A stretch of DNA of 64,000 bases, taken from Persephonella sp. GTDB taxonomy: Bacteria > Aquificota > Aquificia > Aquificales > Hydrogenothermaceae. Below the pieces are notes generated by a model. That model was not told the DNA's origin. It ran no database searches and saw nothing but the letters and a program-made list of their open reading frames with translations. Positions 8,841-18,839 of the stretch are shown piece after piece. Within the stretch, counting starts at the first letter, position 1; each line of letters starts with the position of its first letter. The stretch lies in assembly GCF_015487465.1 (NCBI RefSeq), contig NZ_WFPS01000008.1, positions 10,139-74,138 of the forward strand. The letters are read 5' to 3'. The position numbers and the translations under genes are program-made.

Positions 8841-9330
8841 ACCTTATCTCTTCAATATAGTTCTCATTTTTTATAAAGTCTATAACGGCTTTAAAAGCTG
8901 TTTTTGCCGCTTTGTCAACAGGACACCTGTATGCTCCTGTGCTGATAGAAGGAAAAGAGATGCTTTTTATTCCCTTTTCTTTGGCAAGTCTTAAACTGTT
9001 GTAGTAAGCGTTGTAAAGAAGTTTTTCTTCCCTTTCTTTAAAACTCCCACTGCATATAGGACCCACAGTATGTATCACATAATTAGCCTTAAGGTTTCCT
9101 CCCGTTGTTATAACAGCTTCGCCAGTGGGAAGACCATCAGTATATTTCTCTTTTCTTATTTTTTTGCATTCTTCCAATATGGCTGATCCCCCCTTCCTGT
9201 GGATAGCCCCATCTACTCCTCCACCTCCCATAAGTGTGGAGTTTGCCGCATTCACAATAGCCTGCGTATCTTCCTCGGTAATGTCTCCTATCTTAAGGAT
9301 AATTTTTGTGTTGTTTATTTTTATTTCCAT
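8782..9330 (-). CDS. macro domain protein (ADP-ribose/O-acetyl-ADP-ribose hydrolase type)
   Basis: AIVNAANSTLMGGGGVDGAIH and SISFPSISTGAY are macro-domain signatures. Confidence 0.9.
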   Translation of the reverse strand: MEIKINNTKIILKIGDITEEDTQAIVNAANSTLMGGGGVDGAIHRKGGSAILEECKKIRKEKYTDGLPTGEAVITTGGNLKANYVIHTVGPICSGSFKEREEKLLYNAYYNSLRLAKEKGIKSISFPSISTGAYRCPVDKAAKTAFKAVIDFIKNENYIEEIRFVLFTQDVYERYKEAFNEI

Positions 9331-9389
9331 CTTTCCAACAGGTTCCAGTGTAATATATTTAATTATAGCAACAAAGATAAGGTGGGGAT

Positions 9390-10634
9390 ATGGAAGAATC
9401 TTTTATTTATCTGGGGCGTCAGCCTATTCTCAATAGAGAAAAGAAAATAGTAGCATATGAGATCCTTTACAGAAAAAAGCTTGAATCTTTTGCAAGAATA
9501 GAAGATGAAGATCAGGCAACCTCCAGAGTAATAGTAAACATATTCAACAATATAGGAATAAAAAATCTGGTTGGGGAAAAAAAAGCATTTATAAATGTTA
9601 ATTCTGAGGTTCTTTTTTACGACATTTTTGATTTTATCCCTTCAAACAACATTGTTATTGAGATTTTAGAAAACACATCTGTTGATCAAAAACTGATAGA
9701 AAGAATAAAAAGGATCAAAAAGCTTGGTTTTGAGTTTGCACTTGATGATTATGTTGAGACTGAAGATACAAAAAAGCTCATTCCTTATATAGATTATATA
9801 AAAGTAGATCTTATCCAGACCCCTTATAAAAAACTTCCAGACCTTGTAAAATCCCTAAAAGAAAAGAAAAAGATACTTCTTGCAGAAAAAGTTGAAAACT
9901 ACGACATGTTTAAAGATGCCTATACACTGGGTTTTGATCTTTTTCAGGGATATTTTTTTGCAAGACCTTCCATAATAACCCACAGAAGGTTTGATCCTTA
10001 CGAGATAACCCTTATAACTCTTCTTAAGCTTTTAAATAATGAAGGTACTCCTGTTGACCAGATAGAAAATACGATAAAAAGCGATGTTCACCTGACATAC
10101 AACCTTCTTAAATTTGTTAATTCAGCTTACTTCAGTTTCAAAACAAAAATAAAAACAATAAGACATGCCGTTATGATGCTGGGCTACAGGAGGCTCAGAA
10201 TATGGGTTCTTCTGATGCTTTATGCAGATGCAAAGGTGGGAGGTATTGACAACCCACTTCTTGAGCTTGCTCTTATGAGGGGAAAGATGCTTGAGAATAT
10301 GGCTTTAAGAAAAACAAAAGACAGAAACTTTGCTGATATGGCATTTCTGACAGGTATTTTATCACTTCTTGATGTTCTTCTGGGGATACCAAAAGATGAG
10401 ATACTATCAGACCTTAACATAGATGAAGAGATAAAAAATGCCCTGATAAAAGGAGAGGGGATGTTAGGTAAAATGTTAAAATTGTGTGAGTATCTTGAGG
10501 CAGGTGATTTACTACATCTGAAAACAGAACTTGTAGATATAGGCTGTAAAATAGAAGACTTTTTTAAAGCAGAAGAAGATGCTGTTTTTTATGTAGAGGA
10601 CATAAAGCAGAAACTACTTAAAGGAGCGGTTTGA
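9390..10634 (+). CDS. EAL-like domain + HDOD domain signalling protein
   Basis: N-terminal YLGRQPI...YEILYR EAL-type fold with a degenerate DDFG (LDDYVET). C-terminal HDOD pattern LLKFVNSAYFSF..IKTIRHAVMMLG. Confidence 0.8.
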   Translation: MEESFIYLGRQPILNREKKIVAYEILYRKKLESFARIEDEDQATSRVIVNIFNNIGIKNLVGEKKAFINVNSEVLFYDIFDFIPSNNIVIEILENTSVDQKLIERIKRIKKLGFEFALDDYVETEDTKKLIPYIDYIKVDLIQTPYKKLPDLVKSLKEKKKILLAEKVENYDMFKDAYTLGFDLFQGYFFARPSIITHRRFDPYEITLITLLKLLNNEGTPVDQIENTIKSDVHLTYNLLKFVNSAYFSFKTKIKTIRHAVMMLGYRRLRIWVLLMLYADAKVGGIDNPLLELALMRGKMLENMALRKTKDRNFADMAFLTGILSLLDVLLGIPKDEILSDLNIDEEIKNALIKGEGMLGKMLKLCEYLEAGDLLHLKTELVDIGCKIEDFFKAEEDAVFYVEDIKQKLLKGAV

Positions 10635-11725
10635 TGTTAATAACAAAAATCTTCAAGCTGGAAGACTTCAGGGAAAGCATTCCCTTTACAGCTATAGGTG
10701 CAAGAACATGTTATTCCTCTGGAAATCTTGAATATCTCTTAAATGATCCAAGGGTTGTAAGCAGGGAAGAAAGGGCAAAATTTCTGTCAAAGCTGGGTAA
10801 CTACAAACATTTCAGCGTTTTTGCCCATTCATTTGCTTACAAAGACCTTTCAGATGTTGATGAAAAAATTATTGACAGCTACCTACCTGAAGAAATAAAA
10901 AATCTACCAAAAAAAGAAAAGGCAAAAATTACTGCTATGAAGATAGCCTCAACAAAGTTTAAGTCCCACTACAACCCAGAATACCCAACAGTAATAGGTA
11001 TCTCCCTCCGCCACTACCTTGAGGATCTTCTTGCCGAAGATGAGGAAAAATATTACAAAACATTTGAAAAGATGGCAGACTTTGATATTCCCATAAAGCC
11101 CCTTGGCTCAAGAGGAAACACAACTCTTATAGGTCTTTTAAAAGATTACGACGGATATGCCGTATTCTTCATACAGGACATATCAAGAACAATGACCCAT
11201 CAGCTTGTAAGACATACTGCCCTTAATTACAGTCAGAGAAGCCAGAGATATGTAAGAGAAGATGAAAACCTTCTCATTATACCTCCATCTGTAAAAAAAT
11301 CTGAGTTTGAGCTACAGGACAAAACCCTTGTTGAAAACTATCTGAACCTGATTAACAGCTACAAAGCATTTATTGAGAGAGCTGATATAAAGGAAAATTT
11401 AAAAGGGGAAGTTATATCAAGGATCAATGATTTTACTGAAGAATATAAAAAGACAGAAAGACTAAAGCTTGAGGATATTTTTAGACTTACAGACCAGCTT
11501 GCCCAGACTGTTTATGACCTTTCAGTTTACAACGGAAAGGTAAAAAGAGAAGATGCAAGATTTATACTTCCACACGGTAGAAAAACAACAATTGTTGTAT
11601 CGGGAACTATCAGCTGGATAAAGGATTTTATTGTAAAAAGAACAGATCCCCACGCCCAGTGGGAGATACAGAATGTTGCAAACCAGATGAAACAGCTACT
11701 ATTAGAGCAGGGTATAGATGTTTAA
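10634..11725 (+). CDS. thyX: flavin-dependent thymidylate synthase, long form
   Basis: ThyX signature RHTALNYSQRSQRY and REDARFILP. ATG at 10634 (TGATG overlap, AAGGAG 7 nt upstream). About 360 aa, so it carries large insertions relative to typical ThyX. Confidence 0.85.
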   Translation: MLITKIFKLEDFRESIPFTAIGARTCYSSGNLEYLLNDPRVVSREERAKFLSKLGNYKHFSVFAHSFAYKDLSDVDEKIIDSYLPEEIKNLPKKEKAKITAMKIASTKFKSHYNPEYPTVIGISLRHYLEDLLAEDEEKYYKTFEKMADFDIPIKPLGSRGNTTLIGLLKDYDGYAVFFIQDISRTMTHQLVRHTALNYSQRSQRYVREDENLLIIPPSVKKSEFELQDKTLVENYLNLINSYKAFIERADIKENLKGEVISRINDFTEEYKKTERLKLEDIFRLTDQLAQTVYDLSVYNGKVKREDARFILPHGRKTTIVVSGTISWIKDFIVKRTDPHAQWEIQNVANQMKQLLLEQGIDV

Positions 11726-13304
11726 AAGAAAAATAAAGCTTCTAAAAAGATTTAAAGATATATCAGCAACTTTATCAAAGCTGGGCTTTTACAATATATA
11801 CGACTACTTTAAAATTCTTTTCGGAATTGAGGTTGAACCGGGGGCAAAACCAAGAAGAATTAGAGAAGCCCTTGAAAAACTGGGTCCATCTTTCATAAAA
11901 CTCGGTCAGATACTCAGCACAAGGCCGGACATTGTTCCTGTTTACATCATAGATGAGCTTATAAAACTTCAAGATAGGGTTGCTCCTGTAGATTTTGGGA
12001 TCATTCAAAAGACCTTAAACAGAAATTATGGAGACAGGCTATATGAAATATTCTCATATATAGATCCAACTCCCCTTGCATCAGCTTCTATATCACAGGT
12101 TCATGTGGGCTACTTAAAAACAGGAGAAAAAGTTGCTATAAAAGTAAAAAGACCTAATCTTGAGCAGATCATTCAGCTTGATTCAGAGCTTATGTTAATG
12201 GTTGTTGATTTTCTTGAAAGACATTTTAAGAATGTAAAAGAGTTTAATCTCAAAGGTGTGATCCATCAGTTTAGAAGAACAACGCTTCAGGAAGCTGATT
12301 TTTCCATAGAAGCACAGAACATAAAGATATTTCAGGAAAACTTCAGAGATTATCCCGGTTTCAAAGTGCCTAAATGTTTTTATGATATATCAACACCCGA
12401 AGTTCTCATAACAGAGTTTATAGAAGGAACAAAAATATCTGAGGTTGAAACACTGAAAAAAAAAGGTCTTGATCCTGAGGATATCGCTGTCAGGCTGACA
12501 GATGCATACTTTAAGATGGTTTTTATAGATGGGGTTTACCACGCAGACCCTCACCCAGGAAATCTATTTGTATTAGATGACGGAACAATTGTAGCTATTG
12601 ATTTTGGAATGATAGCATTCCTGTCAAAAACCAAGAAAAAATACTTTTTTGATTATATTATAGCCGTTACAACCCTTGATCTGAACCTTGCGATACAGTT
12701 TTATGAAGGCTTTAATATGTTCACACCAAGAACAGATTTTGGGAACTTTGAGGCTGATCTGCAGTTTTTCCTTGAAAAATACCACAACAAAAGGTTAGAC
12801 GAGATAAACTTAAGGGAGATGATTGAGGACATAATAAGTTTTATAAGAGAAAATCATCTAAAACTTCCAACAGATATAGCATATCTTGGAAAAGCTGCCC
12901 TTAACCTTGAAGGAACGGTAAGAAAGCTGAATCCGACTTTTAACCCTACAGAAAGACTGAAAAATTTTGTTGGTGTTTCAACAAAAGATTACATAAAAGA
13001 AAAGTTATCTGAGATAAGAGATGTTACAGAACTTTCTTTTTATTTAATATTCAAGATAGAACATATATACAGGCTTCTAATCAGAGAAAGGGTTACATTC
13101 CAGATTATATTCAAGGATCTGGAAGAACTTCAAAAATTTTATAAAATGCAGACAGGAAAGATAGCATTTGCGATATTATTTGTTGGCTTGCTCATATCAT
13201 CTGCACTTTTTTATATGTCTGGAAAAGATACAACAGGTCTGATATTACTTGTAATATCATTTTTTGCAGGTTTAATATCTTTCTACAAAGTATTTAGATT
13301 TTAG
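11718..13304 (+). CDS. ABC1/UbiB family atypical kinase
   Basis: LGPSFIKLGQILSTRPDIVP, ASASISQVH, HADPHPGN and two C-terminal TM helices. Confidence 0.85.
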   Translation: MFKRKIKLLKRFKDISATLSKLGFYNIYDYFKILFGIEVEPGAKPRRIREALEKLGPSFIKLGQILSTRPDIVPVYIIDELIKLQDRVAPVDFGIIQKTLNRNYGDRLYEIFSYIDPTPLASASISQVHVGYLKTGEKVAIKVKRPNLEQIIQLDSELMLMVVDFLERHFKNVKEFNLKGVIHQFRRTTLQEADFSIEAQNIKIFQENFRDYPGFKVPKCFYDISTPEVLITEFIEGTKISEVETLKKKGLDPEDIAVRLTDAYFKMVFIDGVYHADPHPGNLFVLDDGTIVAIDFGMIAFLSKTKKKYFFDYIIAVTTLDLNLAIQFYEGFNMFTPRTDFGNFEADLQFFLEKYHNKRLDEINLREMIEDIISFIRENHLKLPTDIAYLGKAALNLEGTVRKLNPTFNPTERLKNFVGVSTKDYIKEKLSEIRDVTELSFYLIFKIEHIYRLLIRERVTFQIIFKDLEELQKFYKMQTGKIAFAILFVGLLISSALFYMSGKDTTGLILLVISFFAGLISFYKVFRF

Positions 13305-13314
13305 GGAGGTTTTG

Positions 13315-14040
13315 ATGGGACTGAGATCTTTTATCATACCGGCTGTTGACATAAAAGAAGGAAAAGCTGTAAGGCTTTTTAAAGGTGATCCTAATGCTGT
13401 TACAGTTTATGGAGATGATCCTGTCAGTATTGCAAAATTGTGGGAGGAAAAAGGGGCAAAACATCTGCATGTTGTTGATCTTGATGGAGCTTTTGAAGGA
13501 AAGCCAAAAAACTACCGAATAGTTGAAAAGATTGTAAAATCTGTGAGCATCCCTGTTGAGTTTGGGGGGGGATTAAGGAGTTTTGATGCTGTTAAAACAA
13601 TGTTTGATATAGGCGTTGAAAGGGTCGTTATCGGAAGTCTGGCTTATCAGGACAGGGAGCTTTTTCTCAAAATAATTGATGCCTTTCCTGAAAAAGTTGT
13701 TGTCGGGATAGATGCAAAAGATGGAAAGGTTGCAATAAAAGGCTGGCTTGAGAAAACAGATTACACACCTTTAGAGTTTGCCTCACAGTTTGATGATCTG
13801 AATATATGGGGATTTTTATACACAGATGTTAACAGGGACGGGGCGATGGTAGGACCAAACATAGAGGGGACAAAAGAACTTGCAGAAAAACTGAAACACC
13901 CGGTCATAGCTTCCGGAGGTGTAGGAAGTCTGGAAGATGTTAAAAAACTGTATGAAATAAGAAAGTTTGGCGTATACGGTGTTGTTGTAGGTAAAGCCCT
14001 TTATGAAGGAAAAATAAAACTTGAACAGCTGGAGGATTAA
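13315..14040 (+). CDS. hisA: ProFAR isomerase
   Basis: [15 protein letters not shown]...VVDLDGA...GGGLRS...ASGGVGS is the HisA TIM-barrel pattern. ATG at 13315 follows GGGAGG. Confidence 0.9.
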   Translation: MGLRSFIIPAVDIKEGKAVRLFKGDPNAVTVYGDDPVSIAKLWEEKGAKHLHVVDLDGAFEGKPKNYRIVEKIVKSVSIPVEFGGGLRSFDAVKTMFDIGVERVVIGSLAYQDRELFLKIIDAFPEKVVVGIDAKDGKVAIKGWLEKTDYTPLEFASQFDDLNIWGFLYTDVNRDGAMVGPNIEGTKELAEKLKHPVIASGGVGSLEDVKKLYEIRKFGVYGVVVGKALYEGKIKLEQLED

Positions 14041-14041
14041 G

Positions 14042-14416
14042 ATGCAGATGATAGAAACAGATAAAGCACCAAAGGCTATAGGACCCTACTCACAGGCTGT
14101 AAAGTATGAGAACCTTCTGTTTATATCAGGTCAGATAGCGATAGACCCTAAAACGCAGGAGTTTATCGGAGGAGATGTTGAAAAACAGACAGAAAGGGTA
14201 ATGGAGAACATTAAGGCTATTCTTAATGAAGCAGGTCTTGATTTTAATCATGTTATAAAAACAACGATATACCTTAAAAACATACAGGACTTTGAAAAGG
14301 TGAACAGGATTTACGGAAAATATTTCACAGAGCACAAACCTGCAAGGGCAACAGTTGAGGTTTCTAACCTTCCTAAGAATGCCCTTGTTGAGATAGAGGT
14401 TATTGCAGGGATTTAA
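14042..14416 (+). CDS. ridA: RidA/YjgF family enamine/imine deaminase
   Basis: [12 protein letters not shown]...[17 protein letters not shown]. Internal Met at 14042 chosen as the start. Confidence 0.85.
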   Translation: MQMIETDKAPKAIGPYSQAVKYENLLFISGQIAIDPKTQEFIGGDVEKQTERVMENIKAILNEAGLDFNHVIKTTIYLKNIQDFEKVNRIYGKYFTEHKPARATVEVSNLPKNALVEIEVIAGI

Positions 14417-14955
14417 TCTTTGTCCATGTAAATGCGGGAAGCTGTTGTTCCTCTCTGTCCCTGATATTTTCCTCTGTAGGGCTTTTCTGCAGGCTCTTCC
14501 ATTTTTGCAAAAACAAGCTGACAGATCCTCATTCCCGGATATATCTTCAGGGGTCTTGAGTTTGCGTTGTAAAACTCAAGTGTGATCTGACCTTCAAAAC
14601 CTGCATCAACCCAGCCTGCATTTTCTATAAAAAGTCCAAGTCTGCCAAGTGATGATCTTCCCTCAACAAAAGCGGTAAGGTAATCAGGAAGCTTTATGTA
14701 TTCTCTTGTTGTTGCAAGTATAAAATGCTTTGGCTGTATAACAAAACCCTCATCATCTGCAACAACCTTTTTAAGCTGATTTCCAAGATCAGGATTTTTA
14801 ACATCAAGGATTTCTATCTCCTCAGGGTAGATAAGAAAATCATTTCCAAGTCTTAGATCAACAGATGAAGGCTGTATCTGTTTCTCATCTATAGGGTCTA
14901 TAACAAGTTCATTTTCTTTTAAAAGCTGTTTAATCTTCCTGTCGTTCAAAATCAT
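14413..14955 (-). CDS. dcd: dCTP deaminase
   Basis: MILNDRKI...[11 protein letters not shown]...GRSSLGRLG...DAGFEG are conserved Dcd motifs. Confidence 0.9.
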   Translation of the reverse strand: MILNDRKIKQLLKENELVIDPIDEKQIQPSSVDLRLGNDFLIYPEEIEILDVKNPDLGNQLKKVVADDEGFVIQPKHFILATTREYIKLPDYLTAFVEGRSSLGRLGLFIENAGWVDAGFEGQITLEFYNANSRPLKIYPGMRICQLVFAKMEEPAEKPYRGKYQGQRGTTASRIYMDKD

Positions 14956-14967
14956 AAAATTATAATA

Positions 14968-15447
14968 TCACATTTCCATAAGCTTCTTGGAGATCTCTTT
15001 AAGGGGAAAGTTCCCAATAAGATCAAGGGCTTTTTTGTATCCCATTCCTGAGTATTTTACAGAAAATACCCCATCTGGAGCAAGAAAGATAATAATCTCT
15101 CCTGAGTTTTCCTGTTTATTATGTGAAAGACCGGTTTTAAAACCTTTAAAGTTAAAAACCTTTACATATTCTGTTGGGGTATCAACCTCTGTGATCATCG
15201 TAAACGGTGCGAACATAGCTGTAGCCATAGATCCCTTAAAGATTGTTATCTCAAGGCTTTTATTGTCTTTTATATAATTTCTCTGCGCTGTTACTGCCGT
15301 TCCGAAAGGTCCAGACATTTTGCTTCCTGTAGGTTTATCCCCTTTCCAACCCTTTATATCCACAAGATACGGATACAGATCTGTATAACTTCCAGCGTAA
15401 GAAAATGTAAACAGAATAAGAACAATAAGATATTTTAATCTTTTCAT
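14968..15447 (-). CDS. hypothetical secreted protein
   Basis: 159-aa ORF with a signal peptide. No recognised motif. Confidence 0.55.
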   Translation of the reverse strand: MKRLKYLIVLILFTFSYAGSYTDLYPYLVDIKGWKGDKPTGSKMSGPFGTAVTAQRNYIKDNKSLEITIFKGSMATAMFAPFTMITEVDTPTEYVKVFNFKGFKTGLSHNKQENSGEIIIFLAPDGVFSVKYSGMGYKKALDLIGNFPLKEISKKLMEM

Positions 15448-15578
15448 AGCTTTCCACCTCCCTTACATTATTAATTTGCACCTCAAATAAAAATCTTTCA
15501 ACAGTTTTCACAGGTTTTTCTTATAAGGTTGAATTAAAATTATTAATGCATAAATTAAAGCCGAAAATTTTATAAGGG

Positions 15579-16121
15579 GTGATAAAATTGACAGTATTTA
15601 TAAATCTGAAAAATGAGCTTAAAAATGAGAATTTTATAGAAAGAAACTTTTCTGTTCCTTTTGAAAGCTTAGACCTTCCTTCAGAATACAGCTCAAAAAG
15701 TAAAGATGTTGATGTCCATCTTTTTATTTTTAAAGAAAAAGATGGTTATCTTATATCACTATCAATAAAAAGTGATGTTCAGCTGTCATGTGATAGGTGT
15801 TTAGAGCCTTTCAATATGAACCTTGAAGGGAAAAGTAATATTTTTCTCTCCAAGAAAAAACTTGCAGGTGGAGAACTGCATGAAGATGATCTGATAGCAA
15901 GGTATCTTGAAGATGAGGAAAAATTTAATCTGTCTGAACTTTTAAGGGAGGAAATACTCGTTCAGACACCTATGAAAGCGTTATGCGACGAAAACTGCAA
16001 GGGTATCTGTCCTGTGTGCGGTTCAAACAAAAATGAAAATCCATGCAGTTGTGAAGAAAAACAGAAAAAATCAGACTCCCCATTTGCTAAACTCCAGATT
16101 CTTCTTGAAAGAAAAAAATAA
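15579..16121 (+). CDS. YceD/DUF177 family protein
   Basis: C-terminal Cys cluster CDENCKGICPVCGSNKNENPCSC, and the conserved position upstream of rpmF-plsX. Confidence 0.8.
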   Translation: MIKLTVFINLKNELKNENFIERNFSVPFESLDLPSEYSSKSKDVDVHLFIFKEKDGYLISLSIKSDVQLSCDRCLEPFNMNLEGKSNIFLSKKKLAGGELHEDDLIARYLEDEEKFNLSELLREEILVQTPMKALCDENCKGICPVCGSNKNENPCSCEEKQKKSDSPFAKLQILLERKK

Positions 16122-16205
16122 GTGATACCTGCCTTTAATAAAAAAACATTATCTGATATAATATCTGTTTCGTATTTCTATTTTTGGTATTAAGGAGGTT
16201 AAAAT

Positions 16206-16388
16206 ATGGCAGCACCAAAAAGGAAAAAATCAAAAGCAAAAACAGCGATGAGAAAAGCCCACTGGCTAAAAAAAGTTAATATCCCCGGACTGTCCCTATG
16301 TCCAGAATGTGGGCAGCCAAAGGCACCTCATAGAGTATGTCCCCACTGCGGATACTACAAAGACAAAGAGGTGATAGAGGTAGTTTAA
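16206..16388 (+). CDS. rpmF: 50S ribosomal protein L32
   Basis: MAAPKRKKSKAK...CPECG...CPHCG. Confidence 0.95.
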   Translation: MAAPKRKKSKAKTAMRKAHWLKKVNIPGLSLCPECGQPKAPHRVCPHCGYYKDKEVIEVV

Positions 16389-17405
16389 TTGTATATAGCT
16401 TTAGATGCTATGGGGGGAGATAAAGCTCCCCAGAGCAACGTTGAAGGTGCGGTATTATTTGCAAAAGAATATAAAGTAGGTGTTTATTTAGTAGGTGATA
16501 AGGATATTCTACAAAAGGAGCTTGATAAATATAGAGCAAAGGATCTTCCTATTGAGATAATACACGCTGAAGATGTTATAGAGATGGACGAACCTCCATC
16601 TATAGCTGTTAGAAGAAAAAGAAAGTCTTCCATGTATCTTGCCGGAAAACTAGTCAGGGAAGGAAAAGCTCAGGCTTTTGTCTCAGCAGGAAATACAGGC
16701 GCAGCAATGGCAATATCAAAGTTTGTTGTTGGAGCAGCTGAAGGTATAGAAAGACCGGGTATTGCCGTTGCATTTCCAACGAAAAAAGGAAAACCAACCG
16801 TTCTTATTGATGTTGGTGCAAATGTTGACTGCCGTCCAATGCATCTGGTCTATTTTGCTGTAATGGGACACACATATGTTAAGGAAATCCTGAAAACATC
16901 AGAAAACCCGAAAGTGGGCATTCTGAGTATCGGCGAAGAGGAAGGCAAAGGGAACGATCTTGTAAAAGATACATATCCTCTCCTCAAAATGACAGGGCTG
17001 AACTTTGTAGGCAACGCTGAAGGAAGGGACATATTTACAGGTGATTTTGATGTTATTGTTTGCGATGGATTTGTTGGAAATATCGTCCTGAAAACAAGCG
17101 AAAGTCTTGGTTCTATAATCGTTGAGATGATCAAACAGGAAGTTCAGAAAAGCATAGTATCAAAAATAGGAGCTGCCCTTATGCTCCCAGCCCTAAAAAG
17201 ATTTAAGAAAAAGGCTGATTACGCAGAATACGGAGGGGCTCCCCTTCTTGGAACGACAGGAACATGCATAATAACCCACGGAAGTGCAGATGCGAAGGCT
17301 ATAAAAAACGCCCTCAAAGTAGCCTCACAGTTTGAAGAAACCCATTTTAATGATAAACTAAAGGAAAATCTTGAAAATCTACTACCTAAAGAACTAAGGG
17401 TATAA
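16389..17405 (+). CDS. plsX: phosphate acyltransferase
   Basis: [10 protein letters not shown]...SAGNTGA...DGFVGN. TTG start immediately after the rpmF stop. Confidence 0.95.
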   Translation: MYIALDAMGGDKAPQSNVEGAVLFAKEYKVGVYLVGDKDILQKELDKYRAKDLPIEIIHAEDVIEMDEPPSIAVRRKRKSSMYLAGKLVREGKAQAFVSAGNTGAAMAISKFVVGAAEGIERPGIAVAFPTKKGKPTVLIDVGANVDCRPMHLVYFAVMGHTYVKEILKTSENPKVGILSIGEEEGKGNDLVKDTYPLLKMTGLNFVGNAEGRDIFTGDFDVIVCDGFVGNIVLKTSESLGSIIVEMIKQEVQKSIVSKIGAALMLPALKRFKKKADYAEYGGAPLLGTTGTCIITHGSADAKAIKNALKVASQFEETHFNDKLKENLENLLPKELRV

Positions 17406-17406
17406 A

Positions 17407-18342
17407 ATGGCTAAAGCTGAGATTTCCGGACTGGGAATGTATGTCCCCCCAAGAACAATAACAAATCAGGATCTTGAAAAAATACTTGATACCTCCGATG
17501 AATGGATAACAACCAGAACAGGAATTAAGCAGAGAAGAATAGCCGAAGAATGGGAAAAAGCAAGTGATCTTGCCCTTCCTGCAGCAAAGGAAGCGATAGA
17601 AAACTCAGGTATCTCACCAAAAGATATAGATGCTGTCATAGTTGCAACTTCAACTCCAGATATGACATTTCCATCTACCGCCTGCTTTTTGTCTGACAAA
17701 TTAGGATGTAGTAAGCCTATGGCTTTTGATATATCTGCAGCCTGCAGCGGTTTTATTTACGGACTTACTGTAGGAAACTCTTTTATAACTTCAGGTCAGT
17801 TCAACAATGTTCTTGTTGTTGGAGCTGAAGTTTTTTCCCAGATAATAGACTGGGGCGACAGATCAACAGCTGTTATTTTTGGAGATGGTGCAGGAGCTGT
17901 TGTTTTATCAAAAACAGAGGAAGAAAAGGGAATACTCTCTGCAGTTATGAAGTCAGATGGATCTCACTGGGGTTCACTATACTGTCCTGTAGGCGAAAAA
18001 CTTAGAATGAGAGGAAGGGAAACATTTAAACTTGCCATAAAATCTATGGAAACAGCAAGTAAAAAAGCCCTTTCAAAAGCAGGAATATCTCTTGATGATA
18101 TAAAACTTGTGATACCCCATCAGGCAAATATAAGAATAATAAATGCCCTTGCTGAAAGACTTGAGATACCTGAAGAAAAGGTTTTCAGCAATATACATAA
18201 ATACGGAAACACAAGTGCCGCATCAATCCCTATAGCCATGTATGAAGCCTATAAAGAAAAAAAATTTCAAAAAGGGGACTACCTACTGCTTACAGCATTC
18301 GGAGGAGGCCTTACTTGGGGTGCTGTTGTTTTAAAATTTTAG
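17407..18342 (+). CDS. fabH: 3-oxoacyl-ACP synthase III
   Basis: Active-site context AACSGF, HQANIRI and GNTSAASIP. Confidence 0.95.
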   Translation: MAKAEISGLGMYVPPRTITNQDLEKILDTSDEWITTRTGIKQRRIAEEWEKASDLALPAAKEAIENSGISPKDIDAVIVATSTPDMTFPSTACFLSDKLGCSKPMAFDISAACSGFIYGLTVGNSFITSGQFNNVLVVGAEVFSQIIDWGDRSTAVIFGDGAGAVVLSKTEEEKGILSAVMKSDGSHWGSLYCPVGEKLRMRGRETFKLAIKSMETASKKALSKAGISLDDIKLVIPHQANIRIINALAERLEIPEEKVFSNIHKYGNTSAASIPIAMYEAYKEKKFQKGDYLLLTAFGGGLTWGAVVLKF

Positions 18343-18821
18343 ATAGATGACTGTTTTCCAAAATCCTCAGGTCTTATAGATTCAAGCCACTCTTTTAGAT
18401 CTTCCTCTTTTGCATCTGTTTCAGAATCTTCAATCTGGGATTTTTGAAGAACCTCTTCAGACACAAATATTGGAGCTCCACTTCTCAGGGCTATATTAAT
18501 AGCATCGCTTGGTCTTGAATCAATCTTCACCTGACCTGTCTGGGTTTTTATCGTTATTTCTGCATAGTATGTGTTATCCCTAAGGTCATGAATATGAATG
18601 TACTCAACAATGCCGTTAAGGGTGTCTATTATACTGTTCACAAGATCGTGGGTCATAGGTCTCGGTCTTGTTATACCTTCAAGCTGCATAGCTATTGCAT
18701 TTGCCTCAAAAACACCAATCCATATAGGAAGAACATGTTCTGTATCTTTTCCTTTAAGAACAACTATCGGCATATTTGTCATCGGATCAAGGGTTATCCC
18801 CTGCACGTTCATCTCAATCAT
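18339..18821 (-). CDS. bifunctional nuclease (DUF151/BFN) family protein
   Basis: PIVVLK...LPIWIG..EA.AI...RPMTHDL...[13 protein letters not shown] pattern. Confidence 0.8.
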   Translation of the reverse strand: MIEMNVQGITLDPMTNMPIVVLKGKDTEHVLPIWIGVFEANAIAMQLEGITRPRPMTHDLVNSIIDTLNGIVEYIHIHDLRDNTYYAEITIKTQTGQVKIDSRPSDAINIALRSGAPIFVSEEVLQKSQIEDSETDAKEEDLKEWLESIRPEDFGKQSSI

Positions 18822-18839
18822 AATTAAAGCCTCCTCGCT

